This document shows positions 40,388 to 50,304 of a stretch of 64,000 nucleotides of DNA, one piece after another. Positions within the stretch are counted from its first letter, which is position 1. Each line of letters starts with the position of its first letter. The stretch comes from an uncultured delta proteobacterium (GTDB lineage Bacteria > Desulfobacterota > Binatia > UBA9968): NCBI GenBank assembly GCA_963760795.1, contig CAVXEP010000016.1, positions 1 through 64,000 on the forward strand, written 5' to 3'. A program made the translations under genes and the position numbers. Below the pieces are notes generated by a model. The model had not been told where the DNA came from and ran no database searches. It saw only the letters and a list, made by a program, of their open reading frames with translations.

Positions 40388-40472
40388 CGTCATACCGGCG
40401 AAAGCCGGTATCCATCTTGGTCTTCGGTTCGCCGGCAACAAACCTGGATTCCCGCTTTCGCGGGAATGACGA
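40388..40472. repeat. Inverted CGTC REP pair
   Basis: cgtcataccggcgaaagccggtatcca ... ctggattcccgctttcgcgggaatgacg. Confidence 0.85.
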
Positions 40473-40510
40473 ATAGAAATTTCGAGTCTATTCTTGAAGG
40501 GTGGAATTCT

Positions 40511-41563
40511 ATGGCAACGGCAGCATTAGCAGCGGAACGAGTCGAAATACCGGATGACCTCTGGGAGGCGCAAGCCTTCTTCGAAGAACAGGGCTGGTCC
40601 GATGGCCTGCCGATCATCCCGCCCACGGAAGCGCGGGTCGCGCAAATGCTGGCGGCGACCAAGCGCAAAGCGGATGAAGTGATCGGCGCGGTGCCGCCAC
40701 GCTGGGCGCAAGCGACGGTGGAAAAAATCGCTATCAACGGGGTCATGGCCGGCTGCAAGCCTGAGTATATGCCGACGCTGATCGCCGCGGTGGAAGCGAT
40801 CACCGATCCCAAGTTGAATCTCTACGCCCTGCAAGCCACCACCGGCGGGCCGGCGGTGATGATCATCATCAACGGGCCGGTGCGCCAACAACTGAACGTC
40901 AACGGCGGTTCCAACGCCCTTGGCGAAGGCTGGCGCGCCAACGCCACCATCGGCCGCTTCGTGCAATTAGTGAAGCGCAATATCGGCGGCTCGTATCCGG
41001 GCTCCACTTGCAAAGCCACGCTAGGGTGGCCGGGAAAATATTCCATCTGCGTCGGCGAAAACGAGGAAGCGAGTCCCTGGGAGCCGCTCCATGTCGAGCG
41101 CGGTTTCAAAGCCGATGAGAGCACGGTGACGGCGATCAGCGCGGATGCGTCGATCCGCGCGTCGGACCTGGACAGCTCGAAAGCGGAAGGCGTGCTGATC
41201 AATTTCGCGCAAAAAATGGAAGGCCCTTCCGGGCCTGAGGCGATCATGGTCGTCTGCCCGGAGCATGCCAAGATCATCGCCGACGACGGCTTCAGTAAGA
41301 AGGACGTGCAGAAGTTCATTTGGGAGCGCGCCGCGTACCGGATGAAAGATTTGCCCGACGAAACCTTCTTCCAGCGGGTCAAGCGGCGATCCGATCTTAA
41401 ACTGACTCGCGACAGCATCATTCCGGTCACCGACAAGCCCGAAGATATTCTCGTCATCGTCGCCGGCGGCGATGGCTCGCAGTCGCAGTATATTCACGTC
41501 TGGGGGCAGAGCACGCCGGAAGGCGGTTCGACGCGGTCGGTGACTAAAGTTATAAAAGATTAA
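40511..41563 (+). CDS. Conserved uncharacterised protein typically partnering UGSC proteins
   Basis: GWSDGLPIIPPT..RV..ML, ATVEKIAINGVMAGC.PEY, RANATIGR, GENEEASPW, VAGG. Confidence 0.75.
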   Translation: MATAALAAERVEIPDDLWEAQAFFEEQGWSDGLPIIPPTEARVAQMLAATKRKADEVIGAVPPRWAQATVEKIAINGVMAGCKPEYMPTLIAAVEAITDPKLNLYALQATTGGPAVMIIINGPVRQQLNVNGGSNALGEGWRANATIGRFVQLVKRNIGGSYPGSTCKATLGWPGKYSICVGENEEASPWEPLHVERGFKADESTVTAISADASIRASDLDSSKAEGVLINFAQKMEGPSGPEAIMVVCPEHAKIIADDGFSKKDVQKFIWERAAYRMKDLPDETFFQRVKRRSDLKLTRDSIIPVTDKPEDILVIVAGGDGSQSQYIHVWGQSTPEGGSTRSVTKVIKD

Positions 41564-41565
41564 GG

Positions 41566-41610
41566 GTTCCAATCGTTCAAAACGTTCCAGTCGTTCCAAT
41601 CGTGTCGGAA
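41566..41610 (+). repeat. (GTTCMANNC)x4-GT(GT)CGGAA dispersed element
   Basis: gttccaatc gttcaaaac gttccagtc gttccaatc gtgtcggaa, identical to 46461-46505. Confidence 0.85.
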
Positions 41611-41681
41611 AATCCTCGACCGATAAGCCTCTTACCCTCGCCCATTCCGATGGGAGAGGGGAGGGTGAGGGTCTGATACCC

Positions 41682-42671
41682 ATGTTCATTCGCCTAATCA
41701 CTCTCTTCGCCGTTCTTTTACTTATTCTTTCTTTGACAGTTACGCCCACCTTCGCCGCCGACAAGCTGCGCATCGGTTACTCCGGCGCTACGATCACCAA
41801 CTCGATGTTGTGGGTGACTCACGAAGGCCGGCTGTTCGAAAAGAACGGCATCGACGCCGAAGTTCTCTACTTGCAGACCACTTTGGGGCAGACCGCGTTG
41901 ATCGCCGGCGAGATTCAGATGTGTGTCTACTCGGCCAGCTTGCTCACGCCGGCGCGTTTGCAGGGCGCCGATGTGGTCATGCTGCTGAGCTTTCTGCATA
42001 AGCCGATTTATCGTCTGGTGGTCAAGCCGGAGATTCGCTCGGTTGCCGATCTCAGAGGCAAACGGGTAGGAGTTACGCGTTTCGGCACGGTGAGCGACTG
42101 GACGACGCGCTTGTTATTAGCGCGCCTCGGGCTCGACGCGGAAAAAGACGTGATCCTGGTGCAAAGCGGCGATGTGCCGGTACTGGTTAATTCGCTTGCC
42201 GTGGGAAAATCCATCGACGCCGCGATCATGCAGCCGCCTTATGACAAAAAACTCGCGGCGATGGGTATGCGTGTTCTCTTGAACATGCAGGAGATGGACA
42301 TCGTCTTGCAGCAGACCGGCCTCAACACCACGCAAAAGTTCATCGCGCGAAATCCAGACATCGTTAGGCGGGTAGTGAAATCGATGATCGACGGCATCCA
42401 TTTCATGCGCAACAACCCCGCCGTCGCCAAACGCGCCATCGGCAAACACATGCAGATCAAAGACGAGCGCGACCTGGAAGATTCGTATCAACTCCTACGC
42501 AGTTTCATCCAACCCAAGCCCTATCCGAATCTCGAAGGCTTCAAACCGATCTTCGAGGAAGCCGGCAAACGTTTGCCCGCGGCCAAGACCGCCAACGCGA
42601 AGGATTTCGTCGACACGCGGTTTATCGAGGAGCTAGATAAGTCAGGGTATATCGACGGGCTGTATAAATAA
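41682..42671 (+). CDS. NMT1/SsuA-type solute-binding protein
   Basis: Signal peptide, ADLRGKRVGVTRFG, DFVDTRFIEELDKSGYIDGLYK. Confidence 0.88.
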   Translation: MFIRLITLFAVLLLILSLTVTPTFAADKLRIGYSGATITNSMLWVTHEGRLFEKNGIDAEVLYLQTTLGQTALIAGEIQMCVYSASLLTPARLQGADVVMLLSFLHKPIYRLVVKPEIRSVADLRGKRVGVTRFGTVSDWTTRLLLARLGLDAEKDVILVQSGDVPVLVNSLAVGKSIDAAIMQPPYDKKLAAMGMRVLLNMQEMDIVLQQTGLNTTQKFIARNPDIVRRVVKSMIDGIHFMRNNPAVAKRAIGKHMQIKDERDLEDSYQLLRSFIQPKPYPNLEGFKPIFEEAGKRLPAAKTANAKDFVDTRFIEELDKSGYIDGLYK

Positions 42672-43047
42672 TCTGGCTGCAAAACTTCAGTTGCGCACCA
42701 GCGGGAAGATTATATGCCGCATCGATTGATCCGAACCGGGCGACGAATGTAAAGTTCGTAGACAGATGAGAACCGGTCTTCACGGATATTGTTGATGCTC
42801 GTGAATGTACGTAAAGAGCTTTCAGGCTCTGTTGGATCGCCTTCTCAATTCGTCTTTACAACTTATTGTTCCGCTGTAATAGCGATTTAGATCGAATTCT
42901 ATGGGCCTTGTTACACGGAAGCTATGAGCTTCTATATTGATAGTGCCACGTGCATGGGATTGCGGGCGCGGATCGCCCTGGGACAACACATGTGAGTCGC
43001 AACTGTCCGCTGCATGCTGCGTACCCGATTATTCACTGGAGAGCCAC

Positions 43048-44115
43048 ATGCCTTTGTGGGCTTTGCTGATACCGATCGCAGCCACCGCACTGCTAGCTGT
43101 TGCCGTCGCGCTACCGGTCGGTGTGGCACTGGCCATCGTCTGCGCACTGGCGCTGATGGGCGCCGTGATCGCCGCGGTTCACCATGCCGAGGTGGTGGCG
43201 CATCGTGTCGGCGAGCCCTTCGGTACATTGGTGCTCGCGATCGCGATCACGATCATCGAGGTGGCGTTGATCGTGTCGATGATGCTCGCCGGCGGACCGG
43301 ACAAGGCCACGCTGCCGCGCGAGACGATCTTCTCTGCGATCATGATCATCTGTAACGGCGTGGTTGGCCTGTGCCTGCTGCTCGGCGGCCTCCGCCACCA
43401 CGAGCAGTCGTTCCACGTCGAAGGCGCCAACACCGCCCTAGCGACGGTGATCGCACTGGCCACGCTAGCGCTGGTGCTGCCGACGTTCACGACAAGTTCC
43501 GCCGGGTCGACCTACACGGTGGCGCAACTAATTTTCGCTGCGATCGCGTCGCTGGTGCTGTGGGCGAGTTTCGTGTTCGTGCAGACCGTGCGCCATCGCG
43601 ACTATTTCCTGCCGGTTCACAACACGGCTGACGACGCCCTCCACGCGGCGCCGCCGTCGACCCGGCTCTCGTGGGCGAGCTTCGGCATGCTGTTGGTCGG
43701 GCTGGTGGCAGTCGTCGGGCTGGCCAAGGTGCTGTCCCCGAGCATCGAAGCTGCGGTGGCTGCGGTGGGCGCGCCGCCGGCCGTCATCGGCATCGCGATC
43801 GCGATGCTGGTCCTGCTGCCCGAAATGTGGGCAGCGGCGCGCGCGGCGCGAGCGAACCGGCTACAGACCAGCCTGAACCTGGCGTTCGGCTCCGCGCTCG
43901 CCAGCATCGGCCTGACGATCCCAGCGGTTGCCTTCGCATCACTGTTAGTCGGCATGCCGCTAGCGCTGGGGCTGGAGGCGAAAGACCTGGTGCTGCTGGT
44001 GCTGACTTTCGTTGTTGCGTCGATCACGCTGGTCTCGGGCCGCACTCACGTCATGCAAGGCGTGGTGCACCTCGTGATCTTCGCCGCTTTCTTGTTCCTG
44101 GCGTTCGTGCCGTAA
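43048..44115 (+). CDS. chaA: Ca2+/H+ antiporter (ChaA-like)
   Basis: HHAEVVAHRVGEPFGTLVLA, FVQTVRHRDYF, GSALASIGLTIP. Confidence 0.88.
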   Translation: MPLWALLIPIAATALLAVAVALPVGVALAIVCALALMGAVIAAVHHAEVVAHRVGEPFGTLVLAIAITIIEVALIVSMMLAGGPDKATLPRETIFSAIMIICNGVVGLCLLLGGLRHHEQSFHVEGANTALATVIALATLALVLPTFTTSSAGSTYTVAQLIFAAIASLVLWASFVFVQTVRHRDYFLPVHNTADDALHAAPPSTRLSWASFGMLLVGLVAVVGLAKVLSPSIEAAVAAVGAPPAVIGIAIAMLVLLPEMWAAARAARANRLQTSLNLAFGSALASIGLTIPAVAFASLLVGMPLALGLEAKDLVLLVLTFVVASITLVSGRTHVMQGVVHLVIFAAFLFLAFVP

Positions 44116-44692
44116 CGCTCCCACGCCGGCCATCATGCCACTCGCACTCACCCGCCGCAGCTGTTACGTGTCTCTCGCGACGGCCGTTGCATCGGCTTGC
44201 TAATGCAAGCAAATGCCGCATGACAACCGGTTGGGCGCTTCTATCTTATAGGGGAGGAGCTAGGAGTCAGAATTTTATAACTGGCTATCTTTGGATATGC
44301 GGCTTCGCGAGCTTACCTTCCTGATATGGGGTGTAGGTCCCTGGTCTTCCTATCTAAACAAATAAACAGACTCCGGAAACATACCATAAGATGGGTAGCG
44401 GCTTTGGTCATCGCATTACTCCCGTAAAAAAAGCTTGTCATCTACCAGCGCGTTTTAGTATGACGTTGCCTTCGGAATGTCGAGAGGGGTGATTGTGATT
44501 AACGACACCGTCCCTACATCGAAGAGTTCTTGTCGCTGTTCGACCTCCTGCACCAATGGTTCGGGAGGCAGCGGTCGTCGCCAGTATGGTTAGGAAAACT
44601 ATAGATCGGACACGAACTGTGAATGCGTCTCGCTGGTTTGTCGTCGATCAGATACAAAAAAATGATTTCATCGCTTTTGTAAGGAGAACGAT

Positions 44693-46396
44693 ATGGCGCA
44701 AGGAACAGTTCATGTCGACGAGAGCGGCGCGGTTCCGAAGATTGACATCTCGATTATCAACGAGAAATCGGTTGAGGTCTCGATCTTTCGCCTCGACCCA
44801 AATACTTTTGAAGAAGAACCGGTCGTGGAATTGGGATCCGGCGAGGAAGTAAACATTCCCGTGTGGGTGACGGACTGCCTGGTGGCAAGGATCGGCGCGG
44901 AACTGGTCGGCGAATTTGGCGTTTCCGAGGAGTTGCGTGAATGGCGCTTACCCAATGGGGAGCCCGAGAATGGCCACCACTGTCGGTTCCTTGTTGACAA
45001 TCATCGTGCAGAATCGGTGCGGCTTTTGTGTACGGCAGGCGAAGATGGAGAAACACTGCTGATTCAGGTTCTCGATCCGGGTGCTCAGACCGTCCTGGAT
45101 TCTTTTTCCGGGGACTATTGGGAGGCGATGATCGGCGACCAGGTCGTCTCGGCATATCAGCCGAGCGCGCGGCTGCCTGTATGGGAGATCGACAACCTAG
45201 TCTGTGACTTCGTGCCGGAGCTTGATCCCCTCCATAACGAAAATCTCAATGAGACGAGCGAGCCTCGGCTCATCGATCAACCTGCCATCGGCGAGGTCAG
45301 GGCAGTAATGGTGTTCGTTGATTTCTCCGACGTACCGGGCAAGAGATCGCCGGATGAGGCTCGCAAGTGTGTCGTAGGCGAATCGGCCGAATGGTTTCGC
45401 CGGGAATCTTACGGTCGGTTGCGTTTCTCGGTTGAGACTCCGCTCCTGGAGTGGCGCCGGATGCCGCGCGCCGCGACTGCTTACGACAAGATTCGCAGTG
45501 ATGGTGCCGAGCATGCGTCGTATATCACCACTGCGCTGCGACTATTTGCCGCTGACGAGATCGACTTTGCGCAGTATCAAATAGCGTATATCGTGGCAGC
45601 TGAAACTCCCGTGGATGCCCCTTATGTCGGAGTGTTGGACCTGTCTCCGACTTTGAGCGCGGGGATCCCGATCGCGACCAACAATGGCGCGGTGCACCAT
45701 GTAGTGACTTTTGGTCGCGACAGTTACCATCGGGGATTTCGCGTTCTCGTGCACGAAACTGGCCATCTATTTGGATTGCCGGATTTGTATCGGTTTCATC
45801 CCGACGCGAGCGGTGCGTGGCTGACGCCAACCGGCGCTTGGGACATCATGTGTGACCTGGATCATGGCTGGCATTTTCTCGGTTGGCATAAGTACAAGCT
45901 CGGTTGGCTCGACGAGTCGCAGCTGATTTATTTCAGCTCGGGTGAGCTTTCGGTACGGTTGACTGCTCTGGAGTCGGCTCAAGGCGTCAAAATGATCGTT
46001 CTCCCGAGCGAACACTCTTCGCAACTTTATATCGTCGAGATCGCCCAGCCTCTCGGTGATAACGAAACATTTCGCGACAAAGGTTTGTTGATCTACGCGG
46101 TGGACGCCTCAGTGGCCACCGGCCATGAACCGGTGAGTGTGCTGCGCTGTGGATCTCGCTCGGAAGATCTCACGGTGGGCATGCGCTGCAACGACTTCGT
46201 CGCGCCGGGGGAAAGCCATATCGTGCGCTTGCCCAACGGCGAGCGGGTTGAAGTGTTCAACCGAGAGCGGCATGGCGCCGACTTCGAAGTTACGGTGGTC
46301 AGCACGAGCGCTGGGGAACCTGGCGATAGGGAGCCGATACCATGCCGTATCTGTCAAGATGCCGCCGCTCATTCGATATGGGTGAGAGCAACTTAA
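44693..46396 (+). CDS. M6 (immune inhibitor A-like) metalloprotease with two N-terminal VHL-beta-like repeats
   Basis: FVDFSD, WF..ESYG.L, HETGHLFGLPDLY, WDIM, GWHKYKLGWL. Confidence 0.8.
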   Translation: MAQGTVHVDESGAVPKIDISIINEKSVEVSIFRLDPNTFEEEPVVELGSGEEVNIPVWVTDCLVARIGAELVGEFGVSEELREWRLPNGEPENGHHCRFLVDNHRAESVRLLCTAGEDGETLLIQVLDPGAQTVLDSFSGDYWEAMIGDQVVSAYQPSARLPVWEIDNLVCDFVPELDPLHNENLNETSEPRLIDQPAIGEVRAVMVFVDFSDVPGKRSPDEARKCVVGESAEWFRRESYGRLRFSVETPLLEWRRMPRAATAYDKIRSDGAEHASYITTALRLFAADEIDFAQYQIAYIVAAETPVDAPYVGVLDLSPTLSAGIPIATNNGAVHHVVTFGRDSYHRGFRVLVHETGHLFGLPDLYRFHPDASGAWLTPTGAWDIMCDLDHGWHFLGWHKYKLGWLDESQLIYFSSGELSVRLTALESAQGVKMIVLPSEHSSQLYIVEIAQPLGDNETFRDKGLLIYAVDASVATGHEPVSVLRCGSRSEDLTVGMRCNDFVAPGESHIVRLPNGERVEVFNRERHGADFEVTVVSTSAGEPGDREPIPCRICQDAAAHSIWVRAT

Positions 46397-46460
46397 CGTA
46401 GCCGCTTCTTGTGGACAATCTGTGAGGATGGGCGTTGATGAAAGTGAACAAGGCTTAGGA

Positions 46461-46505
46461 GTTCCAATCGTTCAAAACGTTCCAGTCGTTCCAATCGTGT
46501 CGGAA
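46461..46505 (+). repeat. (GTTCMANNC)x4-GT(GT)CGGAA dispersed element
   Basis: 45 bp identical to 41566-41610. Confidence 0.85.
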
Positions 46506-46686
46506 CGATTCTAATTGCGTACCCTCGCCCGCTTGTGAGAGAGAGCCGGTCCTGAGCGTGTCGAACGAGAAAGGTGAGGGCGCCCTCCAGTCTAGTTATC
46601 CTTGCCGCTTGGGCCGCTATTGCTCCACTGCAGAATTCGGCTTCAACCTTAACCATTTCGATCGGTCTAATCTCCCTGTATCTATC

Positions 46687-48996
46687 TTACGGCTCCCCCG
46701 GCAGAGGACCGAAGGCTCGTGGTGGTCGGCGGTGCTTGGTGGCCGCTTCGTAGGCTGAAGCGGCTTTTAGAATCGTTCCTTCTTCGCCCGGACCCGCCCA
46801 GAACGCTATGCTTATTGGCAATCCCGGCGCGTCGAGCATCGTGCGCTCGCTGCCGGAAATATTTCGATAGCTGCGCGTGTCGGCGCTGAGGGTGAACTTA
46901 GGCTCGTAGACGACCTGATTGAAGCCCGCCGGAACGACGACTTCGGGAATACCGGCGTCGGCGGTGAAGGCGAAGCGATTGCTGGGCCGGCTATTCACTT
47001 CGGGTTCCACCGGGCCGCCGATCTTGGGGATTGGAATCGTTGTCAGCGGGTTCACTAACACGTCGAGATTGTTTTCCCGCATCACCTTCAGCACCACGCG
47101 CTGCATGACTTCGCGCATCTTGATGCGTTCGGTAATGCCGGCGGAGCGGATGTCGTCTAGGTTTTGCCAATTGATAAACGCCGCCAGCTTGTCGCCGGAG
47201 TAGTAGGACGCGTTGGCATTGAGCGACGGCCAGTCTTTGACCCTGGGGTCGTTACGCCGCAGCAAATATTGGCTCAGATGAAAGCGGAAACTCGAGGTGC
47301 GCTGAAACAGCGTGACGCGCCTGAGATTCAAATTCGCTGGAAAGGGCTCTAACCCCTCGGCGGCGCGGGCCATATATTCCGCCGGTGACAAAATGCCGCC
47401 GCCGGGCGTCTTGCCGATGTTGACATTGACTTTGCTCGCGAACTCGGGGAACTCGGCCTCGCCGCTGCCGGTGGTTTTGTAAAGATACTCGGGCATGTGA
47501 AATGGCAGAATTTCCGCTAACGCTTCTTGGAAGCTTGGTTTCAAGTTAGGAATCGTCGGGTCGTCGGGATAGAGCGGATCGACGGATTCGAACAACTGCG
47601 CGCCCAATTTGTCGCGCAGGACTGATTTGATCTCCTTATCGATTTGATCGCTGATCGCGGCATCGTTTGGCGTGTGTTTGACCATGTACTCGCGCACGAT
47701 GCCGATGCGCATGCCCTTCAAGCTCTTGGCTCCGGCAAAGCTGGCGTAGGAATTTTGCGGGAATAATGCCTTCGGCAGCGCGGTATAAATGTCGCGCGGG
47801 TCGTAGTAGCCGAGCTTGGGATCTTTCAGAGCGTCGAGCACGATGGCGGTATCTTTGATCGTCCGACAGTGAATACCGGCGCGGTCGATAAACGGGTCGG
47901 CGCCGATGCCGCCGCCGAAAGCCATGATCGCTTTGCCGGTGGTCAAGTTGGCGACGCCGTTGTAGGCCGCCGGCACGCGGCAGGAGCCGCCGGTCTCTTC
48001 GCATATGGAGCAAGTAACCAGATTGGCCGACACCGAAACACCCGAGCCCGAGCTCGATGCGGCCTGCGCGCCGGCGCGCTCGGTGTCGTAGGGGTTGCAC
48101 GGATTGCCGGCCCAAGTGCTGCGCGAATTGCCCGCGCCGAGCACCACCGCGGTGGCCTTGGCCGCGCCGCCGGGATCGCCGCTGCCGCCGTTGTATTCGC
48201 TCAAGTTGGCTTTGGCGAGAATGATCGCGCCCTTGGCGCGGAGCTGCGCGACGATGGTCGAATCCGCCGGCGCCGCGTCCATCGCGTAGTTCACGTCGGC
48301 GCCGCCGGTGGAGCGCATGTCTTTAGCGTCGAAGATATCCTTGATCGAAAACGGCGCGCAGTATAGCGGCATCGCGGCCAAATTAGGATTGGCGCCGAAA
48401 AGCCGATCAAGTTCGCGTGCCCGCTCGATGCCGTCGGGCTGGGCGCGAAACGCTTCGCAGGTTCGAGGACAATTGCCGGGCAGGGCTCCTTTGGAGGGAT
48501 GGAGATCGCAGGTCGCTTTGCATGTCGCCGAGCGTTCGCCGCGGATGTTGACTGTGCTTAGGGAACGCAGCTGCCCGGCATTTTTCACGCCGCGGATGTA
48601 GCCGTAGGTTTGCTGTGTGGCCGGATCGGAGATCGTCGCTTGCATGACACCCGGCTGCATCGGTGTGCCGGTGTATTTGCCGATGTCGGGGAAATGGTTT
48701 TTCGGATCATTGGCGTCATTGGGATTCACCGGCGCGACGCATTGGCCGTCATAAGCGCGGATGCGGTTGATGTAGGCCTGGACAACTTTCTCGCAGGTGA
48801 TTTGGCGTGTCTTGATCGCGCGCTGAATGTCTTCGATGCGCGCCTCCTCAAGACGAAACTTCCAGCCTGTTGACGTCTTGGCGGGAGTCGCCGGCTTGGC
48901 AACTTGCGCGTTGCTCACTGGCTTCGCCCATGGCAATAGCTCCGTCGCCAGAGCGAAAGCCAGGGTACAAGCGATTATCCGTTCCGGTTTTATCAT
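46687..48996 (-). CDS. Secreted amidase-signature family protein
   Basis: FSIKDIFD, GAIILAKANLSE, SSSGSG, EETGGSCRVPA. Confidence 0.88.
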   Translation of the reverse strand: MIKPERIIACTLAFALATELLPWAKPVSNAQVAKPATPAKTSTGWKFRLEEARIEDIQRAIKTRQITCEKVVQAYINRIRAYDGQCVAPVNPNDANDPKNHFPDIGKYTGTPMQPGVMQATISDPATQQTYGYIRGVKNAGQLRSLSTVNIRGERSATCKATCDLHPSKGALPGNCPRTCEAFRAQPDGIERARELDRLFGANPNLAAMPLYCAPFSIKDIFDAKDMRSTGGADVNYAMDAAPADSTIVAQLRAKGAIILAKANLSEYNGGSGDPGGAAKATAVVLGAGNSRSTWAGNPCNPYDTERAGAQAASSSGSGVSVSANLVTCSICEETGGSCRVPAAYNGVANLTTGKAIMAFGGGIGADPFIDRAGIHCRTIKDTAIVLDALKDPKLGYYDPRDIYTALPKALFPQNSYASFAGAKSLKGMRIGIVREYMVKHTPNDAAISDQIDKEIKSVLRDKLGAQLFESVDPLYPDDPTIPNLKPSFQEALAEILPFHMPEYLYKTTGSGEAEFPEFASKVNVNIGKTPGGGILSPAEYMARAAEGLEPFPANLNLRRVTLFQRTSSFRFHLSQYLLRRNDPRVKDWPSLNANASYYSGDKLAAFINWQNLDDIRSAGITERIKMREVMQRVVLKVMRENNLDVLVNPLTTIPIPKIGGPVEPEVNSRPSNRFAFTADAGIPEVVVPAGFNQVVYEPKFTLSADTRSYRNISGSERTMLDAPGLPISIAFWAGPGEEGTILKAASAYEAATKHRRPPRAFGPLPGEP

Positions 48997-49323
48997 GGCC
49001 GTCCTCCGAGAAACTGAATTGCCATTTTCCTATCACAGATCGGGTTAAACGAGGATTATTTTTCTAAGCGGCAAAGTTGCACCCAACCCTTGGACTTTCG
49101 TGGACTTCGGTCTTTGTGTTAAGAGTTTAAATCTAAACATTCCCCGCAGCTTGCTGCGGGCACCATCAAATGGGGAATCCAAAGGGGGCGAGCATCCCCT
49201 TTGGTCGCGTGCGGGGTTAATACCCCGTACGCGAAATGCCTTGTTTATTTGTTCAAGCGGTCCGAAGCGGTCATTGCGGTTCGGAAGAGCCGACTGGTTC
49301 GAATCAAATTGGGTACACCAATC

Positions 49324-50304
49324 ATGAAGCGAATAATTGAAGGTTTCTTAACGCTGTTACTATTGGCGCCACAGGCTGTTCCTGCCGCCGACAAGATCCG
49401 CATCGGCTATTCTGGACTAAGCCCGGCCACCGCGATGCTGTGGGTTGCGCAGGAAGGCAAGCTCTTGGAGAAAAACGGTCTCAATCCTGAGGTGCTGTTT
49501 TTGCGCAACAATCTCGGCCAGTCGGCGATGATCGCCGGCGAGATCGACATGGGCAGTTATTCGGCGAGCCTGATGGCGCCGGCGCGGGTGCAAGGGGCGG
49601 ATCTGGTGATGATTGTGAGCTTTCAACAGAAGCTCAACTACCGGCTGGTGGTTCGACCGGAGATTCGCACGCTGGCGGACTTGAAAGGCAAGGTGCTCGG
49701 GGTTACCCGTTACGGCACGGTGAACGATGCCACCATGCGTTTGCTGATCAATAAGCTCGGTCTCGATCCTGACCGCGATGTCAGGTTGATTCAAGTCGGC
49801 GATTCCGCGCCGGTGGTCGCGACTTCATTGATCGCCGGCAAGACTTTCGACGGCGCTTTGCTGCAGCCGCCTTATTATAACAAGGCGGTGGAGTCCGGCT
49901 TTCGCGTGTACGCCAACATGGAAGATATGGACATTCCATTTCAACAGGTGGGACTCAATACCACCCAGCGCTTGATCGCGAAGAGCCCAGACATGGTGCG
50001 CCGCGTGGTCAAATCGATCCTCGAAGGCGTGCAGTTAATCCGCACCAATCCCGCCGTGGCCAAGCGCGCCATCGCTCGCTACATGCAGATCAAGGATGAG
50101 AAAGTGCTGGAGGAGTCCTACCAGCAGTTGAAAGGAACTGCGGAAATCAAACCCTATCCCTCCGCGGAGGGTTTCAAGACGATCTTGGACGAGCTGGCGA
50201 AAAAACTCCCAGCCGCGCGCACGGCCAATCCTCGCGACTTCATGGATGCACGCTTCATTCAGGAATTCGACAAGTCCGGGTATATCGACGGGTTGTATAA
50301 ATAA
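49324..50304 (+). CDS. NMT1/SsuA-type solute-binding protein (paralog of 41682-42671)
   Basis: ADKIRIGYSG, ADLKGKVLGVTRYG, DKSGYIDGLYK. Confidence 0.88.
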   Translation: MKRIIEGFLTLLLLAPQAVPAADKIRIGYSGLSPATAMLWVAQEGKLLEKNGLNPEVLFLRNNLGQSAMIAGEIDMGSYSASLMAPARVQGADLVMIVSFQQKLNYRLVVRPEIRTLADLKGKVLGVTRYGTVNDATMRLLINKLGLDPDRDVRLIQVGDSAPVVATSLIAGKTFDGALLQPPYYNKAVESGFRVYANMEDMDIPFQQVGLNTTQRLIAKSPDMVRRVVKSILEGVQLIRTNPAVAKRAIARYMQIKDEKVLEESYQQLKGTAEIKPYPSAEGFKTILDELAKKLPAARTANPRDFMDARFIQEFDKSGYIDGLYK

